Assembly: GCF_964204645.1 (NCBI RefSeq)
Contig: NC_134030.1
Coordinates: forward strand, 5,002,778 to 5,066,777
Source of the DNA: Tubulanus polymorphus
Lineage: Eukaryota; Animalia; Nemertea
DNA length: 64,000 nt
Direction: 5' to 3'
Shown: positions 1 to 15,400 of the stretch, in pieces
How positions within the stretch are numbered: position 1 is the stretch's first letter
Layout of the letters: the number at the start of each line of letters is the position of its first letter
The notes under the pieces: model-generated
Told to the model about the DNA's origin: nothing
The model's input: the letters and a program-made list of their open reading frames with translations, nothing else
Databases searched by the model: none
Position numbers and translations under genes: made by a program

Positions 1-3
1 CAG

Positions 4-3000
4 GTTATACACTGCATGATGGTCAACTGTCTATTGAAGAAACGCTGAATAACAATACTGCCTACAAGTGTAAACTGAAGAATATATACGGGAGTGTGGA
101 GAAAATTCTAACTAGTGAGTATGTAAGAACAATTTATGCAACTACTGAAAAATATTATATTTATGAGGTCATTCAAGGGGATTTAGTATAGATTTAGGCA
201 GTTTTTGATTGAATGTATTCCGGTTTAGGTATTGCAATTCCGGGTTCAGGAATAGCAATTTCGGATCTTCTATCAGGTTTACAGAATATGCTATTCCGAA
301 AGAGGTAGAGTGAATTCTGGTTGAAATGAGCATATACCATAGAGAATTCTGGAATCGGTTGAGACCAATTGAAACCTGCCTATATTTCTCCAGTGCTTGT
401 GCTGGATCGACCTTCTTAACCCTTTCAGTGCTGACTAATTAATACCCTATAGTGCTGGAGATAATTTGAAAATTCTAAAAAATTCCACCCTAGTGTGTTA
501 AACAACGGGTATACCACTATAGTGCGTCTACACTGCGGTGTATCGTTAGTTACTAGTATTTCACTATGTTTGACACGTGCTGCCATTTTTCAAGAGAGAT
601 AATTACTAATTACATCAATACACCGCAGTGCGGTGTACTAGCAAAATCTATCACTGATTTATACACCGCACTGGACGCACTGAAAGGGTTAATCTAATAC
701 AAGTATAATTTCACTACGCGGTGTATTTTCAGTGCCTTCTGCTCCGAGTTCACCAAGAAATATAACAATAATAGACGTAACATCCATCTCTGTATCGCTA
801 AACTGGACAGAGCCATTAATAGGTGGTGACAGCGTGATTTCATATGACGTACAATACCGTGCAACTCCAGTCATCCAATCATGGTCGTCGACAGTGGCTT
901 GGATAACCACAGTAACAGTGAATAAACTCCACCCCTACACGTTGTATTCGTTTCGTGTTCGTGCCTTTAATGGAATTGGATACGGTCTGTATTCGACATC
1001 GAATCGAGTGATGACTTTACCAGCAGCACCATCCAAACCGCGAAATCTCACGTTCGAGCTGAAAGGGTTTTCAGATGTTTTAGTTTCGTGGGAGGCACCG
1101 GTGAAATCAAATGGCAACACAGGTGATAATAGCGTAAATAGTTGAGACTATTTCCAGTCTTGATGAACATCATTGAGAAAAAACCCACAATCTCAATTCA
1201 AACAACTGTAATTAGTTTTTTCTTACAAGTTTCGGGTAGAATCCTTCGAGTGGAGCTTATTTGAAAATTATTCATTGACATACATTGTGGGCTTCTCAAT
1301 GTGATTATAGTAATTGGTGTGGCATTAGAATCCAGTTCCTTGAGATGGCAGTTGAACATGACAGTTCATTGAATCTATTTGTAGCTGATGTTATGTATGA
1401 AGTATCCTATTACCCATTAAACAATGCTGAAGCTATGATATCTGTACAGTCTGAGAGTCTGCAGGTGACGTTATTGGGTCTGAATACGTCGGCTATGTAT
1501 TCTGTTTCTGTGAGAGCTGGAAATTCACATCTGGATGTTTGGAGCCCGTATTTGACTGAAACAGTTGATCTAACACTATTAGGTTAGTGTATACCTTAAA
1601 ATCTGTTGTGTAAGACAAGTGAATATCAAGTTTTAACAAAAACGTTTCCTTCATTAATTATGAATTATTACAGTTATCTATGTATATTTGAATTGTTAGT
1701 TGACAGTTATGGATATAGGGTAATAGAATTGTGTGCATGTGTGGTAAAAGGAAACACTTATCAAACACGAATGGTGTGTTATTTCACCAGTGGAATGAAT
1801 TGTTTGCTAATTCTCTCTTTTATGTCACCATGTTGTAATATGTGAGATCAATTCATGATTTCACTGTCACTCAGATCTGTCACTTATGTATGTTTTACCA
1901 TTTCTTTAAAAACTGATTACAATTCAATGTTTTTTTAAGTATACTGACTCTACAATTATGTGTTGTATAGAAGACTGCTTGCAGTAGATCTATTAGTTTG
2001 AGCCTTCTATCATATTACAGTTGCAGCCACTACTCAACTTGTTGCTGTTACTACACAATCTGAAGTCATTAGCAAAGGAATCAAAGATGATCATCTGATA
2101 GCTATCCTGTGCTCCGTTGGATTTATGGTATTCGTCGTGGCGGCGATTTTGATTTATTTTTGCTGTCGGCGACGTAACAGATGGCATAAGATGAAAATGG
2201 AAGACGCGAAGATGAAAAACTATGACCGTAATCATATTCCAATTATAGGGGGCAGGTATGTACACACTGATACCTTGTGGTATGATGCCGTATGCAACGC
2301 ACACGTCTTCTAATTCATTTCAAACTTGAATAATCTATTTATAGCCCAGCTCATCGAATTGAATTGTCGCGAATTTCATCTCGCGGGTTCTATGATTTGA
2401 AGACGCACAAAGCCCCCAGTGTTGCAATGGCGCAGCATTCTGATGTATTTTACAGGTGATCTATTGCTTCAATTTTAATCATTACTTTAAATATCAAATG
2501 TTTGAACTCGTGATGAAACTATGTAAGTGTTTATCGTATAACAGGCCTTCGAAAGATCCGATTTTGCTGTCAACTCAACGACTGCTTAAACAGACCATTT
2601 CTCTACCACCCATCAAACGACAGTCGGTACAAACAGATTATGAATTAGGAGTGAGTTTTTCTATTTCGAATATGATACCATGTGCTAGAATTGTTGAAAC
2701 TGAGTAACAAGTTGAAAATCCCACAATAAGTCCAGACTAACTGTTCTGTTGAAATATATTTTGCAACTTGGCTATCATCTAAAGGGATCATCACACATAC
2801 TGAAACTGAGTACCCTTGCGATGCCAAATAAGTATTGATGGATTTTATAGATTGAGCTTGTAATTTTCAATTTTCAGGAAATCACTAGACACAATGACAG
2901 TATGCATATCAGTAACCCACAGATGAATGCAGTAGTTATGGGAAGTGGTTCAGGTTTAACACATCTCAATGATCTGAACACCTTTAAACCCTGGTTAGTA

Positions 3001-3374
3001 CTCAATCTATTTCAATCAATGAAACAATCTATAATAATCACTTTTCATTTATATCAGTTTCTGATGCAGAGCCAATGACTAGTGCGTGTTATAATTTCAG
3101 TTTGCCAGAACGTGATATGAAATCAGTAGAAGATACTGGACAAGATGAAAAAAATGAACTGACAAATTTTGAGTCAAATTTTAATTCTGTGTCAGAAAAT
3201 GATGCCATGTTTGACCATATTGATGCTGGAAATGCCAGTGGAGATGAGGATGAAGGCTTTTCGTCGGAAAAGATTCAAAATCGCTGCGATGTACATTCAG
3301 AAAGGGAGATGTATAGTAAAAGAATTAGTCTTAACAATGAGATTAGAAAGAGTAAAGAAGCATTTATGTTTTAA
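4..3374 (+). CDS. Ig/fibronectin type III single-pass membrane protein, 5'-truncated by the window edge
   Basis: GT-AG exons at 4-114 (Ig C-terminal half, YKCKLKNIYG), 733-1121 and 1385-1582 (two FN3 domains: LNWTEP..YDVQY..LHPYTLYSFRVRAFNGIGYG and VSWEAP..LNTSAMYSVSVRAGN), 2021-2255 (TM LIAILCSVGFMVFVVAAILIYFCC followed by RRR), 2545-2649, 2878-2993 and 3101-3374 (stop). Phases join in frame. AATAAA at about 3836. The cytoplasmic tail has no kinase or phosphatase domain. Confidence 0.8.
420..688. mobile_element. piggyBac-like MITE
   Basis: TTAA at 416-419 and 689-692 flank the terminal inverted repeats CCCTTTCAGTGC / GCACTGAAAGGG. A related copy lies at 28855-29030. Confidence 0.85.
1134..1290. 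mobile_element. Penelope-like retroelement terminal fragment (degenerate copy of 19212-19430)
   Basis: Shares gtaaatagttgagactat...acaatctcaattcaaacaactgt...gtttcgggtRgaatccttc with the copy at 19212. The hammerhead core is deleted in this copy. Confidence 0.6.
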
Positions 3375-6300
3375 AGATATTATTGCAGTTGAATAACCGT
3401 AACGTAAACAATACTGGAACATGTAGATTTAGGTGCTCTTATCTGGGATATATATAGTATATAGTTTTACCAGTTTACAGTCAAACTGCTTAATTTGAAT
3501 CAGTTTAATTTGGATTATTCACCATCCACCGTTGTATAATGAATATATGTAAAATAAGATATTTTATCTGGATATCTGGAATCTCATTGGATTAACATCA
3601 TGTGTCCCAAATGATATGAATCAAGCGGGCCATACTGTTGTTGGGATTGATATTTGATGTATTCATTATCTCAATAGTATTTTCGATGTTTTAATGTAAT
3701 TTTCTATGTGGAATTGTAGGAAGTTGGAAAATGTCAAATTTCTAGTCCATCACGATGCGAGAATTCCGTCCATTTGTATTTCGGCTGTCTTTTTAGTGTT
3801 CGACAGTTGCATTTAGAACATATTTACTAATTGTCAATAAACTTTTACTTCTACTCAACAAATCTTGTTTTGTCTTTCATGTTTTATGGAGAAAGAACAA
3901 CTATGAGTTCATGAAGGCCAAGCCTAAAGGGAGCTTAGGTCGGCCTTTTGACTGCTCTCTATAGTTGGTCCCCTCATCCCATTAACATTGGCCAACTTCA
4001 CCACAATGTGGTTCCTCTACTCATTAACATTGATCCCCCTATTCAATGTCACCTTTCTCACTGGGGGCCTAAATGCCTAGGCAGTATTAGGTCCGATTCA
4101 GATTCTAGAGGCAGTGTTCTAGGGAGCTGATAAAGTCCTCTAACACTTTCGGTAGACAGCAACTACAATAAACTCTGCCACAAAAGAAATCAAGAGCAAA
4201 AGACAATATTTCACAGATACAAAATAATGTTTAATTTCCAGGTTTCGAGGCTTCAGTATAGAAGACGAAAGGGAGATGATATATAATTTACATCATTGAT
4301 GTTACAGATTTATGACACTAAAGTGCGCTACTAGAGACTACATACTACAGCAGAAAATATTCATTCAGCTTAAAATCATCCATTTAAAAATCGCCCACCT
4401 TTATTATTTACAACGATAATTATCATAATAATGATGATAATAATTAATTTATAATAAGTGCATAACAGTAAAGGCAAAATTAAAATAACGATTGCCAGAA
4501 TTTCGTACCACCACCCATTAATAGAGGGTATCAACTCATAGGAATAACCAATCAACTGAATTCACCATTGTTTTTCATCATTTAGATCAATTTTACTTCT
4601 ATGATGATCTTGAGAATTGTCCAGTCATTGATGACATTATTGGTTAATACAATGAGTAGCAATACATCCTCCATCCAGCGCAGTATTTTACAATCTCTAC
4701 TAGGTTACCTATATCTAATCTGTTGATCTAAGTTTTATTATGCGCTGTACACAATCCATAATACATAAATACTGATTACTAGGACAGGTTGTCTGAATTC
4801 AATGAAATTACGTAGTCCTTTTTGAAGAATAGACAACTTAAAATCTCTGGTCAATTGATTTTCAATCCGTTTTCTTTTTTGTACCAGAAACTTCTTATTG
4901 CTCCAAAAGGTATTTGAATTAAAGAAATCATTTTCAATTTAGCGACGACATCAAAAGCTGATTAAGGGCGGACGATTAGCTTTTGAAAGAAACACCAAAA
5001 TGTACTGAAATATAATGCTTTTACGCAAGAAAATTCAGTTGCACCACTTTTGAACAAACTCAATCAAACATTGACTGCTGGTTTAAACTAGTTATGAATG
5101 AGTTGTTACAACATTATTTCACATGGCGTTTATGTACCTAGTATCAAGGTTTTTGGTGTAAATAAGTTTGCTACAAATCAAGAGAATCTCCTCCACATCA
5201 CGACTTTACTTGTTTAGCATGGTATATAATATGTGCAGTCACTGACAACATCTAAAATACTGGTGTTTCTAATATAAAATGAAATTAGTAATAGCAGCTT
5301 AATATCATAACAAGACTTGATGTAACTATGCTGCAGTGACCTTGGTCGATACATATTATAAGAGAAGTAGAGTGCACCAAGAAATAATCACAAATGAATG
5401 AATGTATGCTTGCCATTAGCTAGATGATTTTACACTGGAGCCAGGCCCAGATGATTTTTCTACATTGATGGTGATGGAATCATACTCAGCACCGAACTTC
5501 CATACACAGAATCGCTTACAATGGCACATTAAATGAGGCATTAAGGAGCAGCGGACTTCAGAGAAATTCCAACACGACGGAGGAGGTCGCAATAGAGAGG
5601 CTGAATAGGAATGCTTATATGAGGAGAAAAAATCGTTGGAATTTTTCAGAAGACCGGCAGTACCACCTGAACTAGCAGACTGATCGATTGAATTCGTTGA
5701 GCCAGCAAACCAGAAAACTTCTTAATCTCACTCGGAGAATCATAACACATTTGACAATCAATCTCTTGAGGAAAACAAAAATTTCATTTTTGTACCAAGT
5801 GGCAAATCGCCCTCTTCCGAGTATACCGATATATAACACATTATTCACCTTGTCGCTGATTATTCAATAAGCTAGTTACTAAAATCGCCCACTAGGGTTG
5901 GACAAATTATTAGAATTGTTTTCAACAAACATACATTGTATGAGAAAATAAATACTTACAATGTACAGGACAAATACAATGTATGTATGTATTGTAACCG
6001 AATTAGTGCATATATTATTCATAATTTTACATCAATTGTACATATTTCCGTATAACATAAAAGTTCTGCGGCTGCTATATTCATAATAATGCTCATCTCT
6101 TAAATATTCTGAAATACTTATTCTTTATGACTAACTGACTGTAAAGTAAGCATCTGAGAATATCAGAAATTTCTCATCTTTTTCGCAGCTTCGATCGGTA
6201 ATCTTCGGTTAAAGTATACGCGGGGAATAGATTTAAAAATTCGAATGAAAACCAGTGTTCTACTTGAACTTTCCGTTAAAAAGTCTGATCAATATTTCAA

Positions 6301-6458
6301 CGACGAGCACCGCCCGATATCTTTAAAAATCCGGATGAAATCGCGAACGTCTTTGATTTTTCATTAAATTGTTACGTTAAATCGTACGGATGCTCATCAT
6401 GGCCACGGTTGTATATTTCTAGATGTGTTGCAATAATTGATGTTGATGGCGCCACTTC

Positions 6459-9400
6459 TCATGCCTGAAGTTCCACGTAATTTGCCGGCAACATCCCACG
6501 TATTCCTGTCCGTTGCACCGTTCCCATCATCCAGCCTTCGTCGATTGATTCGTGGTCGATGATGATGTCGCCCTCTACGAACGAAACCTCATCGACGTCA
6601 GCGGCCGAGTAGTCGTACATAGCTATGTAACGAGGCTACAATAAAACAAGAAAATAAACATGATCGCATTTAAAGACGTAATTTTTTTGAATATGAAAAC
6701 CCCGTTACAGTTATCAAAACTCGTTACAACGAAGTTCAGAAGATCCGTCATAACCAATACTTTCCAAGGTAATAATAATCAATTCTTAGTTGGTTACGCA
6801 GCGGAACCTCATAATATCGACCTTGGATATAACGATTTAGACCAATTTACGATTCCGGCTGCACCGTATCTGAGTTCATTCTAAGAAGCTTCCACTGTAT
6901 CTGAATTCATTGTAATGAGGTTTCCCTGTATCTAAGTCATGGTAACGAGGTTCCAGTGTGTGTCAGTACTAATAGTTGCGTGCAATCATGAATATTTTGC
7001 TTCCATATACCAGTAGTACGAGGATGTTCATCATCAAAGAAGTAGAAATAACACCTAATAAGTGAGGACCTAAATTCATGGGTCAATATGATCAGATCTG
7101 CCACTATCGACAAACATATGGGAGGGCAGCACCTTCCATTGTCGGATAACTGGTGGTTAGTAATCAAGTGATTGATATTTGTTGTGTGCTAGTTGTGCTT
7201 TGAAATCTCGGGATTTGGAAAAATTACTTCCAAAACTCGACTTTTCAAGCGCGATAGGTGCTGTGTTTAATATCGACAAATCTACCAGTAGCTCTACAGT
7301 ATTTATACCTGTGATGAAAAGGCGGGCGGGGGTTGTACCAAAGTAGAAGGGGGCGGGGCATCTTCTACCTGAAATTACAGAACATCATGATGCAAAACTA
7401 ACGAAAAAATAAATTAAGAAACTGAATACACTCAAATGACAAAAAACTGAAAACTCCATACAAACTGTTCATGTCTGTAACGAAAAACTAGCAAACACAA
7501 GCATACGCAAAAAAAGAAACGAGTGCATATTCCAGTGGTATGTCCCCTTTATTTCAATCAGGAATTGTTGTCAATTTGACAACATAAATCTCATTAACTG
7601 AATGTGTGAATAAGATTTGTAATAGTCAAATCGACACGTGCTTCGGCGTTACAAAATGTAACGCTGAAAGATTCTACACAATTGGTGCGACAAAAACCCT
7701 ATTGTTAATACTCATGCGGACGGTAGACATTTAGGAATAAAATCACTGATTTTTGCGGCAATACTTGGAATAATCATCTATATGTATGTGTTCATGTTTC
7801 TAAGCCACCACCTGATTATATCACCGGATACCACCAGCAAGGCGGGCAAGCTATATATATATATAAATATGTATTGACATTTCCGTTACATTTTTCTGCT
7901 TATCTTAGATCTGGGAATGTGCATCAAAAGGGGTAGGATAGGAGAGGATTGTATACCTGCGGTTCTACTATGGGTTCAGGAGGAGTGAAAACTGGCTCCG
8001 TGATCGGCTCAGGAGTCACTGGATCAAGTGCAGCGACATAAGGAGCTACCTCTTCCTCCTAACAATAAAACAATCTATGAACGCACGCTTATAGTAAAAA
8101 GACGACGACAAATAAAGCAGAGAACTAACATTAAACTGACGAACAACAAACATCACATGCAAACCCTCCTTTCTATAATGAACTTAAACCATAAAGCAGG
8201 CTAGAAATGATGTCAACAGCCCCCGGGGAAACAATGGGACAAATGTATACCAGTACGGGAAGTGAATTTGAGAGTTCATCATACCTTTGTTGGTCGGGCT
8301 TGTGGAGGAACTCCGTATGGTACTTTAAAATCACCTCCACTGCTGCGTTGATTAGCCGTGTATTGACCATTCATCGGGTCCTGGCCGTATGAACCACTGC
8401 GTGGTCTTTGGTCATCGTTGTCATCTACAAAAACAAGAAGAAAACTAACATTGAGTGATTCAACACATCGCAGTATCACTGTCTGATTGAAATAGAATCG
8501 AATCAGAACAGAGAAAAGGTAAGTATTGCTTAGTTAAATAATAAGAACACTTACTGACTCAAGCATAGACTGAGGCACTGGCCTCGAGTAATGTATGAAT
8601 ATTAATAATACTAATAAAATAGCGATGACGAACAAACATTATTAGACAAAATCAGTCAAAAATCTTAAATATCAATAGGGTTGAGTTTCTACACTGATGG
8701 AAATCTTATCAACCCCAAAATATATAGATTTCTAACTCATCGAATGAACAACACTGAGCTGTTAGTTAGGATTTACGCTAATCTTTAACATACACACAAG
8801 CCAATCCATGGTCTTCGAGCAACCGGCACTCTGCTGGTGCCCCCTGGTTGCAAATATAAGCACTTACCTCTCCTAGCGCTGCCCGAATAAATAACCTGCG
8901 AGTGTGACCTCGCTTTATACGGGGAGTTATAGTTGATATCACTTTTACCCAGCTCAGCGGCGAGCGGATCGCGGTCAAAAATCGAACCCGGCTTCATTTC
9001 AGTAGGGTAATTGTCTGTCTGGTGGAAATCCTGTCGAGTAATCGACGCCATTACAACCGGGTCTGAAAACACATAAGCAACGCCACCTACATGCTAAACA
9101 CTGAACCAATGAAAACGTAAGACACCCTTCACTGTGAGTACTGTGTGGTAGTAAGGCGATAACCAACAAATTAAAAAAAAAAAACATGCATAAACGGTGT
9201 GGTTTGAAACAAAAAGGAGAAACTTGAGTAAATGAAATAGTAACTACCGGTACCTTTTTGACCTTTTATTTTATCAACTCTAAGAATGTATTTTCATTCC
9301 AAATACCTTGTACTACTGTATCAGGTTTTTTGTTTGGATATCTGATGAACGTTTCTGAATTTGATATACCGAAGTGAGTGAGGAGTGTTAGATATATTTT

Positions 9401-12400
9401 AGCTATCATCGCTTATTTCAAAATCAAGTTTTCAGTGTACGATTGAAATTTCTTTGAGAATCAGTGAAAATAGTCTAAAATGATTAATAGCCCTTGAATA
9501 AACCATCTCTTATTCGATTTCATTTTTGATCCGCGTTGAATTTTATCATACTATTGTGAATTGTGTTGATTTTTAAAAATTTGTTATCATTGGAATCAAT
9601 GGAGGCACCAAAAAAAGTGATGGGAAAGAAAATCAAAGAAAACTGAAGCATTAACATAGAACCTTTTACGGTAAAACTGTTAAGCAATTTGTTGATATGA
9701 AGCAAGTTTAATAATTCATGTTAATGCTTCCTGAAGCAGATACCAGTTTATATACGTAAATGAATGAAAGGGTATCGAAAATGATATACACTGCATTAGA
9801 AAAATTAAAGCTGATCGTGATATTGCGAGGATACACAAAAAATGGCGCTGATTACCAAATTGTAACCATGGAAATGTGAATTTTAAATTCAATTGATGAA
9901 ATATGTTAATCAGAACGTATATAATGTCATTTCCGTGGTTACCAGAGCAGACGACGCGAGGTATTGTTACCTTGTCTTCCGAAGTTCGGATGCGCGCTGA
10001 TTCCGGGAGCTGCGAAATGATTCGCAAATGTTTATTTATGTTTTAAAATACAACAGTTAATCTAAACTAACACACTATATGCTACATGATTTTAGAATTT
10101 TGACCAGCGGATATAGACACGTAAAATAAAAGCCAAATCTACTGGTTTTCTGGAGAGGGGGATCAAGGTCACTCAGGCTCTAAATGCTCTTGAAATATTA
10201 TTCTCAAATCAAATTGGTTTAAGTTAGAAATAACATTTTATGGTATATTATGATTAAATTTCTCAGGCAGCAAACTGAGAAAAATTGAGATTTGTGATTA
10301 GCAGATTGAAGCCCAATTGATTTCGAATACCTTTGTGTCCTCCTAAAAATGGCACAATAAACATACATATATATATAAATATAAATATATACCTATGTAT
10401 AAATGATTACAACACAAATTATGAATATCAAGGCTTAAAAGGATTCTTCTAAAAGTAAATGAACAGAAATCACTTCAGAATGAAGTCAGTTCTTGAACAT
10501 CTGAGGCAAGTTGCCCAAAAGTTGGTTGAAGGTCTATTGGATAAAACTGTTTACAATAACATAATATCCCTCAAATCCTCAAAAGAGAAATGAGTCAGAA
10601 ATGTTTCCTTAAGCTGATATTCCATTCATTGTTTTGACCATATCGTAATAGCCAACTTCAGGAATACTGATGTCGAAACGTCAAAGTAAATATTAGCTCA
10701 AAGAAACATTTTTAAAACACTTTTTTCCTATTGTAGGATTACAACGTGGACAGTGTTTCATCAAAGCTTAAAAATTACGACAATGTAGTTTTAATTGTCA
10801 GTTATCCACCGGTTAACTTAAACCAACTTTTGAGTAACAAACCCCGGGAAGATGGTAACAGTTTTTCTCTGGGGATACAAACATAATCTATTTATCGAAA
10901 TACTTAAGAGCGGCATGCGTTATACTTCAAAACTGAGAAAAACTAGTAAATCTGTAAGCACTGGTCATGCTTGTACTTACTATATTCTGCATCGGAAGGC
11001 CGGCGTTTTTCCATGTGGTCCTTTTTGTCCTTCCATCCTTGGTAATTGACTTGACTGATCGTTTCCATATTTTTCTTGCTTCGCTGCAGCTCAGGATCGG
11101 ACTCGACGGATATTTTCTGTCCCTTTTGCTTCTCGAACTGCGCATGGTATTGAACCTGTGAAAACGAAATCAAAACACCGAAGTCAGATAAATCAAATAT
11201 CTTTAACAACTATTGCACCGTAACAACTATAATTTCCAATAACCGCATCTATTAAATTTTCATGCCCCAGCACTCTACATTACGGCCAAAAACTAACGGC
11301 GTTTTACGATTGACATGAATTAAGTTCGCTTTTTTTCAAGATTAGACTTAGGTCCGAAAAGTACAGAAATCGATGCAAAGCAGCAAAATTGAATCAACAA
11401 CTGCTTTAAGGGTTAATTTGTTTACAAAATGCAAGTTCATGCGCAGTGTATGCATGATTAGTTATTTCAGTCATGTGTACATACATTCCTGTTTGAAGGG
11501 AACATGCACATTTTACTCACTTGCCACAGGAGGATGCGTCACCTCTGTGTTAAGTGAGTATGACGAATTTTGGGTCTTATGCAATAAGTGCTACTAAAAG
11601 AATTTGAGGACAAAAGTTTTATCGTAAGACAATTATTTTCACATCCACCATCTAAAGTCTAAGTTCATCGACCTAAAGAAAAAACCTGAAAAGTAATCAC
11701 TAGAAAACATTTTTCATTAAATACCATATGGAACTTTGACTCAATAAGACCCATAGGGCAGCTTTCAAATCGAATATCTTTGAAAATTGCAAGTCTTTGA
11801 GTCTTCAAGTAGCCAAATATTCCACTTACTAACAAAAACACATATCAAGCTTATCTAGGCTTAGTAAGCCAATTGTTGCCTATATCTGTTGAAACATGCA
11901 AACCATAAACCATATATGTTACATTACATTAATACCCTTTTTAAACAGAAACTGATTTAAAATTGATTATATAGATATAACAAATTATTTGATTACGCTT
12001 AATTTGACCGTAAGAATTATTTTCATAAGCCGGAATAAGCTTACAATGAAGTCATTTGCGTCAAGGCTGGAAAACCAAATGAGGATCTCAGGGGCCACGA
12101 GCATAAGAAAATTTTGATTCTTACTAATCTGGATTGAAGTCCCCAGTTCCAACCTTGGCAAGTGAGCAGTGTTTGCATTAATTCAGATTAAAGTAGTGTT
12201 ACATAATATATTCATTTGGAAATGCGTAGAAAGACAGCCTTCTGAAATGTTCCATCGGAAGATTTGACAATATTATGATTTGTAAGAGTAGAGTTTCGGG
12301 TTAAAGCGTTTGTGTAAATGTGAACGAGTGTAATTTGTGTGTTATATAAGAACAGCGCAGTTAAAACAGGGGAACATGATGATGATGATGATGCCCGACA

Positions 12401-15400
12401 TATATAGTACATCGATATTACCATGCTGACTATCAGTTCATAAATTACTAAATATAGGACACAATCCTAATCAACGTATTCATGAACACAATCATATGAT
12501 GGAATCGCACATATCCTGCGTTATACGCAGGTTATAACGTATGGGTACGATCGAAATATCCGCAGGTGGGAATAACGGAACTTGATTAGCTTCCACCCGA
12601 GTCAAGCCAGCTATACCCACCCAAGTGTCAAAATAAGAACGAAATTTGAGTGCTGAATAAAAATATTTCCACCAATGCATATGAACTTTGTCACCTCTGA
12701 GAGTCAACATGGTATATAGTGTTACGACTGAACTATAGATGGCAGTAGTAGTAATACCGTGCTGATTTGATCGGAATTTCGTCTCGCTCGTCGAGTTTCA
12801 GGGTCGTCGGCTACTGCTGTAAAACGACCTTTAGTTTGTTCGAAATCCTTGTGGTAAGCAATCTGAAATACACGTCTTTATCCGTTAGTTAAAATCTCAT
12901 TATCATCGATTCACTGAAAAAATACGGTAACCTTAAAAAAAAGAATTAATCGAAATCTTGTGCAACTAGTAACAAACAGTGCCGAATAATAAGTCAACAT
13001 TCTCTATAGTCGACCACTTGAATTTTTAAGTTTGATAACAATTTTCAACTTTCTACAAAGCATTCTTAAATAGGCTCGAGGATCTTTTCTCTCAACGAAG
13101 TATTGGCTAAAACATGTACAACCAATGCATATAGGACAAAACGCATGTATGTGGAAAAGCCGCTTCTAAAACAGGTGCTGCCATCTATCGGAAATGGAAA
13201 CAGATTTTCTTTAATAGTTTACGATAAAACAATTACATAGATTGAAGTGAAACTTGTAATAACACCATCCTAAGAACAACACTGAAATGAAAATGATGAC
13301 TGAATTAAAACTGACAATTTGACAAACAAGTGATGATGAAATCTTTGACTATCGCAGTGATCACACGGAGATGATTTGGCCCCGGTCAAATTGTACGGGA
13401 CCAGAGCCCAAGTCAAACTTGGCCCATACCTAAATAGAAAGCGTGTTCATACCTGGATCATTCAATCATTACTAAAATGATTCGGAATTTATAATTCCAG
13501 AACCAATAAGCATTCACATACTCATTTGCTAAAATATGGCACAGACCTAACCTTTTACTGGTCAGGCCATATTGTGACCATGTAATAAACAGGCATGGAC
13601 CCATTTAGCACCAATTTAAGCGGTTGGCCCTGGGCCTAATCGGACATGGGCCAAAACCACTTGTGTGATCGTTGCTTGTAAAAGCGTAGTTGGTTGACAC
13701 CGCTCGGTAATGAGGTCAACAATATTGAAATCGGCACGGCAACAACATAAAATACAACTTCTACCCGCAGGTGTTTTATACCAGACTCGAGTTTTGTGTG
13801 TTTTGAATATGGCGGCGAATTTCAGGTTCGTCTGGAATCGGCGTGTATTTATCTTTCTGTTCCTCGAAATCCTTGCGATATTTTACCTGAAAGTCAACCA
13901 TTTTAACGTCCTGGGATCAGTCTCTCGAAAGTCGGGTAAATACCATAGTTACAATGAACTTTTAATTGTCACAATATAAACTATCCGTTGGTTAACTCTA
14001 ACCAACTTACGAGCAACTGGTCCCAGGGGTCAGTTTCTCATAAGTTGGTTACAGCGTACCGGTGGACAAAATACCACGGTGACAATGAAATCTTAATCGT
14101 CATTATGTCAAAATTCTACCAGCTTAATTTAACTAGAAATGGTCAGACTAAAAAGTGAATAATTGTAGCAAAATCTATGTCATGTCACGTAAAGACAAGA
14201 TAATAAGTGGGCGGCTGTGATATTTAAATTAGGAGATTCTTTCTTATCTCTATCTAGCAGTGTAATTATCCATCCCCCCAGTACCGTAATTACCATACTG
14301 ATTGATTCAGTGGCGTCTTTAACACGTTTAGTGACGGGATCATCGTGTACGGACTGTACTTTACCTCGGCTTTCCTCGAAATCTTTTACATACTGAACCT
14401 ACAGAATATCATATAACGAACCCGGTTAACGTTAATAGCGGCAGTGAATAGAACAGCGGAACATACCGGGTTCAAAAATCACAATACACAACTGACGAAC
14501 TGAAGAAAGAATACTCTCGAAATGATTAGATCGATTAACGCGCTGGGATGAGCACTTAAACCCCTATAATTAATGGAAACCTGAAGAAAAAACGATTATG
14601 ATAATAACAGCATGAGGCTGAACGTAAGCTGGTCACACCTAGATATACCCTATCTCCTATGTATATTCTGGGCGCCTGCATGAAATTGGCTATAAACCAA
14701 CATACACTCGCCATAATAAAAGTACCAGTATTTACACAATCAGAAACCTAAATACATTTCAACCTTTGATAAATCATCATCAACGATCTTTCAGTGCAGT
14801 CACACTGAAATCAAACGCGGCAAGGCAAAAATGCGGGTGTTTTTCGCATGCGCAAAAAGACAAGAGAAAACTGTGCGCCGACCTGTAGTCTGTCGCTCGA
14901 CAGATAACACGCGGGCGAATGATGGATGAATTCAGAGCGGAAAAATAAAGCATAAACGCGGAGAAAGAATGTATGTATTGATTAGTTAAGTCCCTGTGGC
15001 TCAAACGGCATCAAAGTGGCCAGCAATAACGGCTTAACGAGAACAGAATGGCAGCAGAAATAGAGAATTGAAACATCATTTAATCATCATACAGGCTGTT
15101 AACATGCACCCGAGCATTCTACTGAATCGACCACGTCTATTCAGGACGCCGAGTGAGAATGAAAGGGGTCTGAAAGGGGTCTGAAATCATAACATCAACA
15201 GAACGAAACTGGAACAATCAAAACAAGATGGCTACCATACTGATTTTTTCTTGGTTGTCTAACAACCGCTTCATCTCGGCTGTTCCCGCGTCCTGGCTAC
15301 ATTTACCGCGACTTTTCTCGAAATCCTCGTGATATTTGACCTGAAATAAGAAAGGTCTTCTCATGAACTACTGGATGTCACCGAGTCGAAACTCACCCAA

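Noticed and set aside
10655-10690. ctgatgtcgaaacgtc resembling a hammerhead 3' half (similar sequence at about 45225)
   Set aside because: Lacks CUGANGA and stem II.
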